Source of the DNA: Octopus vulgaris | Taxonomy: Eukaryota | Length of the DNA stretch: 64,000 nucleotides | Assembly: GCA_951406725.2 (NCBI GenBank) | Contig: OX597837.1 | Location: forward strand, 46,376,001 to 46,440,000 | Reading direction: 5' to 3' | Notes under the pieces: model-generated | What the model was told of the DNA's origin: nothing | What the model saw: only the letters and a program-made list of their open reading frames with translations | Database searches by the model: none | In this document: positions 26,396 through 39,810 of the stretch, piece after piece | How the letters are laid out: each line of letters starts with the position of its first letter | Position numbering within the stretch: position 1 is the stretch's first letter | Made by a program: the position numbers and the translations under genes

Positions 26396-28429
26396 AACAA
26401 AACCTTATTGCATAGCAAGCTTCCAAATTCTCTTCATGTCCTAACTGCAGACTAGGGGCAAACAGTTAGGAGGGTGTGTTTAAAGTGCTATTACAGCCAT
26501 CTCACTCAACATGGAATAAAAATGTTGGCAGGTCAGCTTATTAGATGTTTTGTAATGATATACGAAAATTACAGTTTTCTAGAACAGTTATAACAGCCTC
26601 CTAAAAAGTCTCGAAACTTATGGAATGCATCTTGCACATATATGCATGTAGACAGGCAGACAGACAGACAGACAGACAGACAGATAGAATTATGTGTTTG
26701 TATCTAACTCTCTGCTGTTTAGCTCTGGTTTTATGCCATTAATTATGGATAATTGAATGAGAGCTAGATTTCAGCCCTCACTTGATAAAATGCTAGTTTA
26801 AAACCAGATACCAGAAACATTTCCCAAACTGGAATGGACTGGGTGGATGGCTGGGTGAACTGAGATTTGCTTTCCCTGTTTTTTTTTATCAAATTGGTTG
26901 GATCCAATCAGTGCAAGTGCATATGCACTAAGACTTCCGTACATTTCCTTGCAACGGTGACAGCAAACACTGTTATCATCATCATCATCTTCATCTTCAT
27001 CATCATCTTCATCATCATCATCATCATCATCATCTTCATCATCATCTTCATCTTCATCTTCATCTTCATCATCATCTTCATCATTTCCCAGTCACTCTCA
27101 TTGACATCACTGGTACTTATATTTGATGTTCTAGATTGGTTAGCATATTCCAACCCCCACACACAAGGACATTGGCTTGAGCCTGAGCTCCACAATGCAT
27201 GTGTACATACCTGGACATATAGAGTGTGTGTGTGTGTGTGTGTGTGTGGGCATCAACGTATCATGATGTGTGTGTATGAATGTGTATTTGTGTTTATTTA
27301 TTGTATGATTGCATTTTAAATATTCATGTTATTTACATGAACTCACATGGAACTCCTCTAAATAGCCACAAACACACACACACACACACACACATTTATT
27401 ATGTATAACTTTCCATGGGCCAAAAACCTCTTCATTGACACTATTGCATAAATTACAAATAACCCTCCTCTCAGGGTATATACACTGTGCTCTTCTTACA
27501 GCATCAAGAGATTTTTAACTCTTATTTCTAGCAATGTAGCTGCTTCGGCCCCCTCAGTCACACTTAGTGACGATTAAATTTCTCCATTATGGTATTACAT
27601 TGCACCTAGTTGTTTACATTAACTTTTAGTATACATAATATATACACACACACACACACATATGTAAATATTTAAGTGTTGGGCAAGTTCCTAGTAGTAA
27701 GCTGATGAAGCCCATTCTCTGCAGTTGTACAGTATCCCATCTGTGAGGGATCAAAGCAGGATGTGTCGAAATGATCATTGTGAGCGATGTCTCATTCTAT
27801 TTTCCATCTCTATCATTTGTTTTATATATACATATATATATGAGTGTGTGTGTGAAATGGCAAAATTGCTAAAGCATCAGTAAAAATGCTTATATATATA
27901 TTAAAAGCTATGGTCAATATGTGTGAGTAAGGTGGCTGTGGACACATTGAATTATCCAGAGTAGGATTGGAACTGTTTACTGGAGAAGCCAAAAGCCCAG
28001 CTGCCATAGTTCACAGTTTGGTAAATGTAGAATGATGGATTCAAATTAGAATTTAGATAGATTGGTCAATGTGCTGCATGTATAAGTGGAGGGTTGTGTG
28101 TGTTGTGTATGTGCATGCACACCACATATGTGCATATGGTGTGGTGTGATGTGTGTGTGTGTATATGTATGTATATATATATATATATATATATATAGAT
28201 ATATATTGTATATTATATATATGTGTGTGAATATGATCATCATGAATATGTAAGTATTTGCCAAGATGAATCAATAAAGTCAATTCAGTAACTTGAGTTG
28301 GTTAATTGGTTTTTACAGAGTTGGTTAATGGTGGGTGGGTGGGGAGAGAGAGTGAATACACTTAGTGAAGCTTTAGACACAATTGGTCAATGGTACTGAG
28401 AGACGGAGAGAAAGAAGGAATATACCCAA

Positions 28430-28900
28430 ACACATCAGCATCATTTGGCGATCCTAGTTGAGAGAGGTTTCTCAACTCCTCCCCAAAGCTCAATCTTGCA
28501 TTATTGCACCAAGGACATTTTGAATCTCGGTCAATGACATCTAGATAGGAGAGTTTATAACATTTCCTACCAAATGGCTAAGTCTCTGATAGACAAATGA
28601 GAGATAACTAGCTCATCTTTTGCCCTACGTTGCCTCAATGTTTGTGAAATGAGGAGTGAAGTACCATAAATTTATATTAATGTTGGGTGTGTTTTCTAAT
28701 CCTTTTTTAAAGCCTTATAGGTATCCATATCTCTGGAATATACACGGGAACTAGCATTGAAGATATTGATTTTAAGAAAACAACTTTGGTCCGATGTTTA
28801 GATATTGGCCACTTTATTGCAAGATGACTATTTCTAGCCCAGAGAAGATCCCTTTACTCAGTTTATCACTGAACCCATATACTTAAAAATCATCCATACA
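28430..28900 (-). mobile_element. Highly decayed RTE-like RT C-terminal fragment
   Basis: Minus strand gives FKYMGSVI...SCNKVANI...LKINIFNAS with many stops. Confidence 0.35.
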
Positions 28901-29038
28901 GTTTAGCATATAATTGCTTAAGGCTTCTTTTGCTCTCAAAGATGGGAGCATATTTTGTATTTTAATGATTTATAAATAACCCTTCACAACCTACTGCAGT
29001 TTCAAAGGAGATTAGTTGATCTTGAATAGCATGTAAAG

Positions 29039-29276
29039 CAGTGATTTTCAATCGGGACCCACATAAAATTTTGGGGGTCCTTATAAAATTTTGTTAATAA
29101 AAATTATGTACAATAAATCAGTTATACTTCTACAAAACACTAAATATTTTAATAATTCTTTTTATATAATTTAATTATAAAAATAAGATTTTTAAACAGT
29201 GAATGGCTATGAAGATCCAGCCTTGTAAAATAGAGATCAAAGGGGTCCATAAGTATAAAATGGTTGAGAACCCCTC
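29039..29276. mobile_element. hAT-type MITE
   Basis: Ends CAGTGATTTTCAA ... TTGAGAACCCCTC with an 8-bp target duplication ATGTAAAG/ATGTAAGG (7 of 8 match). Confidence 0.7.
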
Positions 29277-30080
29277 ATGTAAGGAATTAGTAAGTGGAGC
29301 AAAATCTATAACAATTTCATGTAAGGAAGGATAGAGTGACCATAGACTTGGGCACAGTTGATGAATGGGGATGAGAGCAAAAGAGAGAGAGAGAGAGAGA
29401 GAGATGGGGAGAGAGAGAGAGAGATGGGGAGAGAGAGAACAAGTACTTGTGTGATGAGAATTTTAAAACATGTTAATACTTGCTAAGACACGAGAAAATT
29501 TAACCCTTTGCTTGTCCAATGCATTTTCAAATGTTCGTCCAAAACATCCAATGCTTGTTTACAGACTTTTAGCCCTTTCTTCATACATTCTGAGTAATAT
29601 AAAGCCTTCCTTTCTTAAATCCCAAGTTAGCCTAGTCTTTGAAAAAAGTGGGAAGATGTATCATTATAAGATGCGTAGAAACCAGGGAAATATGTGCTGC
29701 GTGTTGCATGTGATACACAAGACAGGCGAAGGATTAAGGGACCTGTACTTGGTTCTGGTTTAATGGTATGAAGTAGGTAAGATTCAACTCCCAGAAAATC
29801 TGGGAGCTATTCCCAAGTAGCTAAGATCAGAGGAAATGTAGAATTACTTGCAGTATTTAGCTAAATAAACAAAGAAACGACCAAAGGTTTCAATATGCAT
29901 GGATATAAGTGTGTGTGTGTGTGTGTATACACAATGCATTTCATAGTTTCCTCATACAAAGATTAATTCAGAACATCATTTGTTGACTGAGGGCTAGAGC
30001 AGAAGATACTTCAAGGTGCCTGCAGTGGAACTGAACCTGAAGCCAAAAACGTTGAAAATCAAACTCCTTCCATACACAAC

Positions 30081-30116
<36 letters not shown>

Positions 30117-31325
30117 CAGTAGAAACAGTCGTTACAAAGTATTGATTTGTTTTCCTTACCTCAATACCACTCAAGCTGTCAAAATCTGACTTAAAGAAGA
30201 CAATTTAACAGCAATGCTGAGTGGAGAGAATTACTTTCAGCCAGAGAGCAACACATGCAACCAATAAACACCAACAGACACCATTAAGAATGTGTCGGAA
30301 GACTAAAGAGGGAGTAGCAGTGGTGAGGAGGTTGCTGGGTTATAAGGGTGGAACAGCACTAAGCGCTACAACTTCCTTGTCCCAGAAAATTCTAAGATTT
30401 CCTGCTTAAACAATTCTTTTTTTTTTTGGCTCTTTTACATTCTGAGTTCAAATCCACTGAGACTAACTTTGCCTTTCTCTCTTCCAGATCAATAAAGTAC
30501 CAAGAACTAGTCAAAGACTTGGAACAGTTTAATCAATTCATCAATTAATTCCTTCCCACATGAAACTGCTTGAGATAACAGTTATCATCAAAGCAGTGGA
30601 CTGGCAGAATTACTAAAACATCAGACAAAATGCCTTGCAATATTTCTTCTGGCTCTTCATATCCTGAGTTCAAATCCTGCTAAAGTCAACTTAGCTTTTT
30701 ATCCTCCCCAGATTGATAAGTACCAATAAAGTACTGAGGCTAATACAAACAACCTCCGTTCTTGACTCCAAATTTAAGGCCTTGTGCCTAGATTAGAAAC
30801 AATTACTATCATCGTTATCACTGAGTTGGCAGAATTGTCGAAGTCTGCAACAAAATGCCAAGCAGTAATTTTTCAGACCGATTATGTTCTGGGTTCAAAT
30901 GTCACCAAGATTGATTTTACTACCTTTTATTCTTCTGGTGTTGATAAAATAAGTACCAGTTAAGCACTGGGGGCTGATGGAATCAACAAGTACCCACCCC
31001 CAAAATTTCAGGCCTTGTAGAAAGAATTATTATTATTACTAGCTGGCCCTGTGCTGTCAAAAATGACAGCTAATTGTAGTATTTTATATATAAATATTGT
31101 ACAAAACCAAGTTGTTAGTTTAATAATTCTTTTATAACTAAATTTTTTGTGAAAAATCTATCCACAATTAACATCCTTCGACTGCTTGTTTCCTTCAAAA
31201 GAATTTTAAAGTTTTCCTTCCTTCTTGTATGACTTAAGGAATTGGATTGGCAACAGAGAGTCATGGGAATTCACAAAAGCAGCAAAGAAAAAAAAAAAGG
31301 TTGATAAAATAAAGTACCAGTCAAG

Positions 31326-31530
31326 TTAGTTAGTTAGTTAATTAATTTGGCTCAAAAGCAAATAGCAAGGCCATGTAGGGGGACATGGAGTTAAGTACAG
31401 GGTGGTGTTCATGTAAAGAGTTCAGGCCACTTGAAGTCCAGGGAGGCTTTGAACAAAGCGGTCGTCGGCATCTTCACCATCTCGTCTGGCAGCTTGTTCC
31501 ACGGATCCACAACCCGGACGGAGAAAGCTC
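31326..31530 (-). mobile_element. CR1 3' end inserted inside a family-B SINE
   Basis: AFSVRVVDPWNKLPDEMV...LFKASLD is the CR1 C-terminal motif, with a (CTAA)n tail. It splits the SINE between gtaccagtcaag and ctggggttgat. Confidence 0.85.
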
Positions 31531-33421
31531 CTGGGGTTGATAGTATCAAGTAATCAAGTAACTTCTCCCAACAAAATTGCTGGCCTTGTATCAAAATTAG
31601 AATCATTATCATTATTACAGCTAAAGCAGTTGTAAATTAATCCAAATTTTGTGCAATATCAGAGTTATGCATTTTTCTTTGGCTCAAAAATAAGGAAGTA
31701 GCAGAGCATGTAAGAATCTATTGAAGTGATACCAACATAGTCATACTAAATCGTTTTCTTTTCTTTTTTATTTGTTTCAGTCATTGATCTGTGGTCAGGT
31801 TGAGGCACCGCCATCTAGAGTTTTTAGTCAAACAGATCAAAGCTAGTACTTCTTTTTTTAATCTGGTACTTATTCTATCAGTCTCTTTTGCCAAACTGCT
31901 AAGTTAAAGAGAGGTAAACAAACCAACACCGATTGTCAAGCAGCAAGAGAGGGACAAATACAGATATAAAAACACACATACACATTATATATATATATAT
32001 ATGACAGGTTTCCACATAGTTTCCTTTCACCAAATTCACTTACAGGGCATTGGTCAGCCCTGAGGCTATAGTAGAAGACATTTGCCAAAAATACCACACG
32101 GTGGAACTGAACCCACAACCACATGGTTGTAAAGGGAGCTTCTTAACCATATAAGATTATGCCTTCATTTTCAGTCTGTAATTAAGGACGCTTAAAGTAT
32201 TTGCCTATTAATGGGTTTTCAATAATTCTAATAACATGATCACAATGGAAACGCAAAGGGAAGTCAACCAGAATCTTCTTATGGACAATTTGCATGTAGC
32301 TCTTTCTCAATTGGGTTCATTCGTTAATGTAACGATTAGAAAATTGACATCATCTCTCAAGGTAGAAGGGATGACAATTATATAATAAAGAAAATAATTT
32401 TCAAAAGCATTCACTTCTAAAGCTGTTGGTTCAGTACCATCTACAAGAATTTGCAGCATCTTGAGAATCAAATTCTTCAGGAAATACAGGAAATATACAA
32501 TTTCAAAAGAAATCATGAATTTTATGGTTTTCTATAAACTTCCATCCAAATTTTAGTTTTCAGAAGAACTAAGAAATGTCCAAAGGTACTTGTTCTAATT
32601 ATCACAAATCATACAAATTGACTGGAAATTATAGATTACCATGAAATAGAAAAAGACATTGGATTAGAAGAGAGGAGGGAATTTATAAGAGAGATGGAGA
32701 GGTAGATAGGTGGGTTGGTGGGTGGATGGATGGATGGATGGATGGGAAGTAAACAAAAAGAGATTTATGACAAAATTGACTAATTAGCATTGAGACATGT
32801 TGATGAAAGCACACACACACACACGTGCATACACACACACACACACATGCATGCACACACACACACACATGCATGCACACACACACACACACACACACAC
32901 ATGTATATATAAGTACCTGCATATCCAAGCTGCAGCTGAACTGAAACGATTCATTAAATGGTAAACCAGCTCGTTATAGGAAGCTAATGATAGGATCTTC
33001 ATAGCCTGAGTACAAGAACTAATTGAAATTACTAGCAATCACGCGTTAAGGTCATTAATTAGAATGAAACGTACGTGGAGAAGGAGAACCAGGTCTTTAA
33101 ACGCACAGAAGTGGTTAGTACGAAGAAAAAGAAGAATGGTTGGTCGTGGAAATACTTAGAGTAAAAAAAAAAGAAAATAGATTCATGGAGTGCTTGGATG
33201 TCTCATTAATTTCTGTTACTTAGGTGATCAGGTTGTTCCTGGAGGTGCATGTGAGGCAAGCATAGATTACAAGAGCAAAGAAATAGATAAGTTTGAGGAA
33301 ACGATGTCTCTATTGGTAAAAAAAAAAGCATCTTTATTTACTTTCTATTCTATAAACAGAGAAGGAAGTGCACAACTCTTGACCTTGTATGTATGTGTGT
33401 GCATTTCTGTAGCATAGTATA

Positions 33422-34271
33422 TACGAGGTCAGATCAATAAGTATCTGAACTGTTGCCATAGTAACAAAGCTAAAGCACACAGAATGAATCCACTTGGCAC
33501 AGACTGACCTTGAACTCTGCTGTGCATGCACACTAAGTTCTAACATTCTAACTCACTTCTGATGTTTACAGCAGTGCTTGGAAGGAAGGTGTGTAGCATG
33601 TGATCCTCGCATTGACCATGACAGAGCATGCTGTCATGGCAATACCTGCTCAGAGGCCTGCAAAGTTGCAGAAACTGCACGGAGAGGAGTGTATGAGCCA
33701 CACATAAGTGTAAGAGTGGTTCAGATGTTTCCGAGATGGCTGCAAAAATGTTGATATTGACAAACATTCTGGGAGACCCGCAACCAGCAGAACCGAGAAA
33801 AACATTGCAATGTACATGCAGCTGTGAGGGGAAATCCTTGAATCACCATCCGTGAGTTATGAGAGGATGTGCAAATTAGTTATGGTTCAGTTCAGTCCTT
33901 TATCACTGAAGATTTGGGTATGAAATGCATGTCGGGTTTCAGTTGCACAAGATCTCCTTGAAATGTGCCGAGAATGATGGAAACTTTTTGAAAACCTTGT
34001 GTAGGCCTCTCAGCAGGTATGGCCAGACTTTTGGCGAAATTTGATGCAGATTCTCTGCTCAACTTTCTCTGTCATGGTCAATGCAATGATCACATGCTAC
34101 ACACCTTACTTCCAAGTACTGCTGTAAACAGTGGATATGAGCTAGAACATTAAAACTTAGTGTGCATGCACAGCAGAGTTCAAGGTTAATCTGCGCCAAG
34201 CAACTTCATTCTCCGTGCTTTAGCTTTGTTACTATAGCAATAGTCCGGATACTTATTGATCAGACTGCCTA
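33422..34271. mobile_element. Non-autonomous mariner element
   Basis: TA flanks, long TIRs, and an internal transposase HTH remnant GEECMSHT*V*EWFRCFRDG...SGRPATSRTEKNI...ITIREL*EDVQISYGSVQSFITEDLGM. Confidence 0.9.
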
Positions 34272-35054
34272 TCATCTGCTTGGACTAGCAAATTTCCCTA
34301 TTTCCAGAAACTCAGCCAATTGCATAAATTAGTGTGTGTGTGTATGTGTGTGTGTTTGTGCATGTGTGTGTATGTATGTGTATTTATGTATGTATGTGAG
34401 AATGGAGGGAGTATGCACACACTATAGCTCCAGGTCTTCCAAGTGGATTTAGAAGGAAACAGATAGAAGCATGTTGAATGTGTGTATATATGAGTGTGTG
34501 TGTGTGTATAGACAGATAAATGTATGCTGGTTTATGTTATGATGAATGAGAGAGGAGTGCTCAATATGTTTTAAAGGATATGTTATATTTTTATTGAAAC
34601 TGAAACTTAGAGTTGATCTCATGACCTGACTTTCATGTCATCAGGCCACACATTTAGGATAATACACAGGCATCAATAAAAAGAGGAGGAGGGAAATAAA
34701 TACTAATGGAGAGGTGAAAAATGAAAGAAAGAGAGAGAGAAAAGAGCATTTAGACAAGAACAAAGCGAGGAAATGGGTAAGGAGAGAGAAGTATGGAAAA
34801 AAGGAAAAGGAAACGAAAAAATGAAAGAGACATAAAAAGGCCATTCTTTCAGTTGGAGAAGCTTGGCTGTCAAGAATAGGTCATAAATCTAAGTTTGATG
34901 ATGTTGAGAAGGGCCAGGGAGATCAAAGGGAATCTATTAAAGAGAAAGTGAATAGTAAATAGTCCTCTGCTGTGTAAAAATGGCAGTGATGCTTTTTGGT
35001 GGCCTAATTAAGTATTGGAATGGGTGGATAAGAATGGAACCACGAGAAAATGAA

Positions 35055-35107
<53 letters not shown>

Positions 35108-35110
<3 letters not shown>

Positions 35111-35232
35111 CAAAATAAGCAACAAGTATATCCAAGGTAGTGTAGTACAATTGTTTCATGCTACTTCTAAATGAAGTAGCATGAAACAATTGTACTACTC
35201 TACCTTGGATGTCCTTGTTGCTTATTTTGATT
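35108..35232. repeat. Near-perfect palindrome (60-bp arms, 5-nt loop)
   Basis: aatcaaaataagcaacaag...catgctacttc TAAAT gaagtagcatg...cttgttgcttattttgatt, with 3 mismatches. Confidence 0.9.
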
Positions 35233-35323
35233 ATAATCACCCCATTTGATTTATATGGATGATACCATACAAAATTCTGGTGCCTTTAACTTAAGTACAA
35301 TATTCATCTGAATCTAAATTTTG

Positions 35324-35369
<46 letters not shown>

Positions 35370-35809
35370 CTTGTTTCAGTCATTAGACTATGGTCATTCA
35401 CTGCCTAGAAGAATTTTTAGTCAAATGCACTGGCCCCAGTACTTATTTTTTTAAATCATGCTACTTATTCTGTTGGTCTCTTTTATCAATCTGCCAAGTC
35501 GCAGGAACACACCAGCACTGGTTTTCAAACAGAGGTATGGGGATAAACACAGACACAAAGACACACAAACACATAGGTTATATGTACATATATACAATGG
35601 GCTTCTTTCAGTTTCCATCAACCAAATCTACTCACAAGGCTTTGGTCGACCTAAGGCACTCACCCAAGATACCACACAATGGGACTGAATCCAGAAACCT
35701 GTGGTTAGGAAACAAGCTTCTTACCACACAGCCACTAATTGTAGGTAGATATTTTAAGGACTTGAGAAGCTCATCTCATGGGTAGTGATGAAGATATACT
35801 TCAGTAGCT

Positions 35810-36125
35810 AGTTTTGTCGGCTGACAAAGTTCATCCTAGACACATCAGTTCAGAAAGGTGAGATTGCTAGAACACCTGGCTGCCTGGAACTCACAAGAGC
35901 AGTCACACAACTCTTCAGAGAAGCAAAGACAGGCAAATATGATCTGGTGGTTCTGTGACACTTATGGGTCTAGGCCACACAAGGGGGTAGAACATCACTT
36001 AGTTGCATCACTGGCAGGCTGACACCCAGTGCATCAGTTTCTAATCCAAGATGTCTGTGACACTTTGCCTTGTTCAACAAACCTCCATACAAGGGGCAAG
36101 AGGAAAGCACTCTCCTGTCTGTTGT
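35810..36125 (+). mobile_element. HERO-like (R2 group) non-LTR fragment
   Basis: ILDTSVQKGEIARTPGCLELTRAVTQLFREAKTGKYDLVVL..YGSRPHK is joined to WQADTQCISFLIQDVCDTLPCSTNLHT, both resembling HERO RT and C-terminal motifs. Confidence 0.7.
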
Positions 36126-36173
36126 CTACTGAAAGAGGATCTTGACATCATGTGATGATGTCAAGACAAGGGT

Positions 36174-36204
<31 letters not shown>

Positions 36205-36355
36205 TACAATGGGCTTCTTTCAGTTTCTGTCCACCAAATACACTCACATGATTTTGGTGAGCCTGGGGCTATAGTAGAAGTGGGAGTGAGCTGAAGACCA
36301 TGTGGTTGGAAAGCCAACTTCCCAACCACAAAACCATACCAATGTCAGATCTAAT

Positions 36356-36402
<47 letters not shown>

Positions 36403-37779
36403 AATTACAGAAACGTGTCAGTAAATAAAACAGCTTTGTCCATATTCCTTGGAGGAACATAAATAGTAAATATAATGGTGTTTGCAAGTAGTAAAACCAG
36501 CCACAATCCTTGTGGAACAACAACAGCAACAAAATACAGCTTCAGCTTTTTCAAAGACTTGACCACCTATTCATATTAATATATCAAAGAGATCATCATG
36601 TTGTTGCTTTTTTGGCAGATTCGATTTTTTTGTTGTTGCTTTTTTTGTTATTGTTGTTGTTGCCATTGTTCCTTTGGTGTCCATTGTTCCTCTGGCTACA
36701 GTACAGAGGAAGTTGTTGCTCTTGTTTGTTTACTGATCCGTAACAGAACAGGAGCTGTGAATGGTGGTGGTGGTGGTGGTATGTAAGCATATTGTATGTG
36801 TGAATGCATGGATGTGTGTATAACAGGATGGCAGCAATGGTGGGGGAGGGGGAGAAGGATTAGTAAGTAAAAAAGCTGGAAAAAGTTATATAGAACCATC
36901 TTCGATGATATTAAAATACTAACACCCCCCCCCCCAAAAAAAAAGTGGTGGGGCAAAAAGTAGGTTATAACATCAATGTAACAGAGAAGCCATTAGGTAA
37001 ACAAGAGAATCTTTATTGCTAGAAATGGAAGAGAGGAGGAGGGCAGTGGTTACGGATATTAATTCCAGTTCTCTCTGCTTCTTCTTTTATTTGCTTCCCC
37101 CCCACCTCACCCCTGCTATATTTGGCTGCTGCACCATTATCATCATTATCATTGTTATTATTCTTGTAGTGTTGAATTGGCAGAATTAATTGATCTTTGG
37201 ACGAAATAATGTCTTGCACTGTTAAGTTATCACTCTTTACATTGTCAGTTCAAATCTTGTCAAGGTCAACTAGGCCTTCCATCCTTTGAAGAGACCAATA
37301 AAAGAAATACCAGTCAAGTATTGGGGTCAAAATTGGTGACCTTGTAACCCAAATCAGAAACTATTATCAAGCACAATGAGCTGCTAGAATCATTAGAGCA
37401 ACAGAGAGAAAACTGCTTCACGGTATTTATTCTGGTTCTTTACATTTTGATTTCAAATCCCACTGAGGCCAATTCCGCCTTTCATCCCTTCAACGTTGAT
37501 GAAATAAAAGCATCAGAATTGCTTCATTCTCAGACAAATCACCCTTCAGTATTTATTAATGATGCTTTGCATTCTGAGTTCAAATCTCATTGAGATCATC
37601 TTTGCCTTTTGTCTTTCAATGGTTTGATAAAATAAAATAATAGAAACCAATGCAAAAGCTGCCATCATCATCATTGTCATAAAATGAACCATGCAGAATA
37701 TCTTATGCTTCATATTCTGAGTTTAGAAATATCTTTAAAACTATTCATACATCTAACTGATCACATGTTTGCCTGTCCG

Positions 37780-37810
<31 letters not shown>

Positions 37811-38138
37811 GTCATGCCACCACTTATCAGTGAGTGCAGAGCCTGTCATGCAATTTATCCAATCTGCTTATGTAGAGAGCAGACCACATAGCATACACCC
37901 ACACACACAGAACAGACTGAGAGACCAGTTTGCCATGGCTTCCACCCAGTCAACCACATTGCCATCGGTTTCTGGAACAAATCCTTTTCTTTGTTCTGAT
38001 GTTTTTTTCTTTCTTTTTGTTGCTGTGGATTCCACATGAATCCTTCTGTGAAAAGTTAATCCAAAGCAATGAACAACTTAAGTAAGGCAGCAGTAATCCA
38101 CATGGAAGTAGCCAGGGAAGCAACTATTAATAGATTCA

Positions 38139-38199
<61 letters not shown>

Positions 38200-38689
38200 G
38201 TGTTTAAGGTGGGTTGAAGATCTCCATAACATACTGAGAAATACAAGTGGGGTTCAATCTAAAGAGCCTGATCTGCACAACGACTTGGTTTTTAGATATT
38301 TTACACACACTCAAGTCTCTAATCGAAGCTCTCGAACCAGCCTGCTCTGGGCTACAACCTGTTTTGTTTCTGTGATATAAAACCAATTCCTTTGCAGTTG
38401 CCATTCAAGAATGGTGAAATGGCAAAGTTGTTAGAATTTAGAACAAAATACCTTGTAGTATTTATTCTGGGACCTTCAGTTTTCAGTTCAAATCCAACTG
38501 AAGTCAACACATTAAAGTACCCCTGTAGGGTAGTAGGTAATTATCCCTGCATTGATGCAAACAGCAAAGATAATGAAAAGATAAGAGATGGAGGGCTGTG
38601 AGTGTTTTGAGGAAACAGAAGTCAGGAGTGGGGGAGTGAACACTAAATAGAGGAGAATGGGGTGAGAATGGTAAGGGATCAGTAAGGTA

Positions 38690-39810
38690 GGTCTACTCTT
38701 CAGGAGATTCCTTACACAGCAGTCAACTTCCATACACATTACATGACCATACCAGCTTTGCCTCAATTCTTGCACACTACACCTAATTCCTCTTATACCC
38801 AGTTTTTTTTTCTTTAGATCATTTGTACCCTAGCATTCATGCACACTAACATTGCATATCCATCAGAGCATGTTAGTCTCATTTCTTTCTAGTCTTCCCA
38901 ATGTTTTCTGCATTCAAAACCCATTTTCTCATTACCGTGTGCAGCATTTCAGTTCTAACACAAATGTCACTCTTCATTCTAGCAGAAAAGACCTTTGTTG
39001 GCAGCAAAGGTGGGAGCTCCCTAAACCTTTTCCAATCCATTCTTAGCCTGGCTACTATACTTGCCGAGCAACCACCTCCTGGCTAATTATTAGAAAGCTC
39101 TTGACAACTTCAAGTATGGTACCGAGTATATAAGAGAATAGTGTGTTCTTAATTTGTATTGTTCCATTTCATATTCCAGATGCACCACTTGCATTCTCTG
39201 TCACCTTCTCTTTCATTTCAGTACATCTCTTGCGTGTCTATAGCTTACAATGGGTTCTGCATGTGAAGTGCATACCCACCCCAGTTCTTTATACTGACCA
39301 AGACCATTTCTCTAAAGGTACCAGGATCCTGTTTTCTTTCCTACTTACTAACACCTTAGTCTTGGCTAAGTTTACCTTTCAGTTCCCAGTTTAGCTTCTA
39401 AGCTTGGAATTTCTTTTCTAATTTCTCTATAGATTCCTCTATAAAAGGCTACATTATCAACATCTTGGAGTCAACATGGACAACCAGTATCAAACTCCTC
39501 TGTGATAGCTTGTAAGCAATAGAAGAGAGCTGAGGTCTGAACTTTGATGAGCCTTAACCTTTATGCTTTACTTACCACATCTTTGTACATAGAAGGTACA
39601 ATTCTGATAACCCATTCATTTGCACTTTGTTTCCTTAGTGATCACTTGATTACAGAGGTTGACATCTTGTCAAAAGTCTTCTCACAGTCAATGAATGCTA
39701 GGTATAATGGTTTACTCTTAGCTTCAGAAGTTCTCTTGCAGTTGTCTCACTAGGAAGACTGCATCTGTGGTACTACTTCTGGGCACAAAGATGAACTGTA
39801 TCTCATCTCA
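38690..39810 (-). mobile_element. Decayed RTE RT copy (same group as 54296)
   Basis: Minus strand gives YLAFIDCEKTFD..., LLAYKLSQRS.., WYGHVMCMEVDCCVR, with many stops and indels. Confidence 0.8.

Noticed and set aside
34622-34647. Minus-strand CUGAUGA-cau-GAAAGUC hammerhead look-alike
   Set aside because: No stem II or stem I; the core itself pairs into a simple hairpin.
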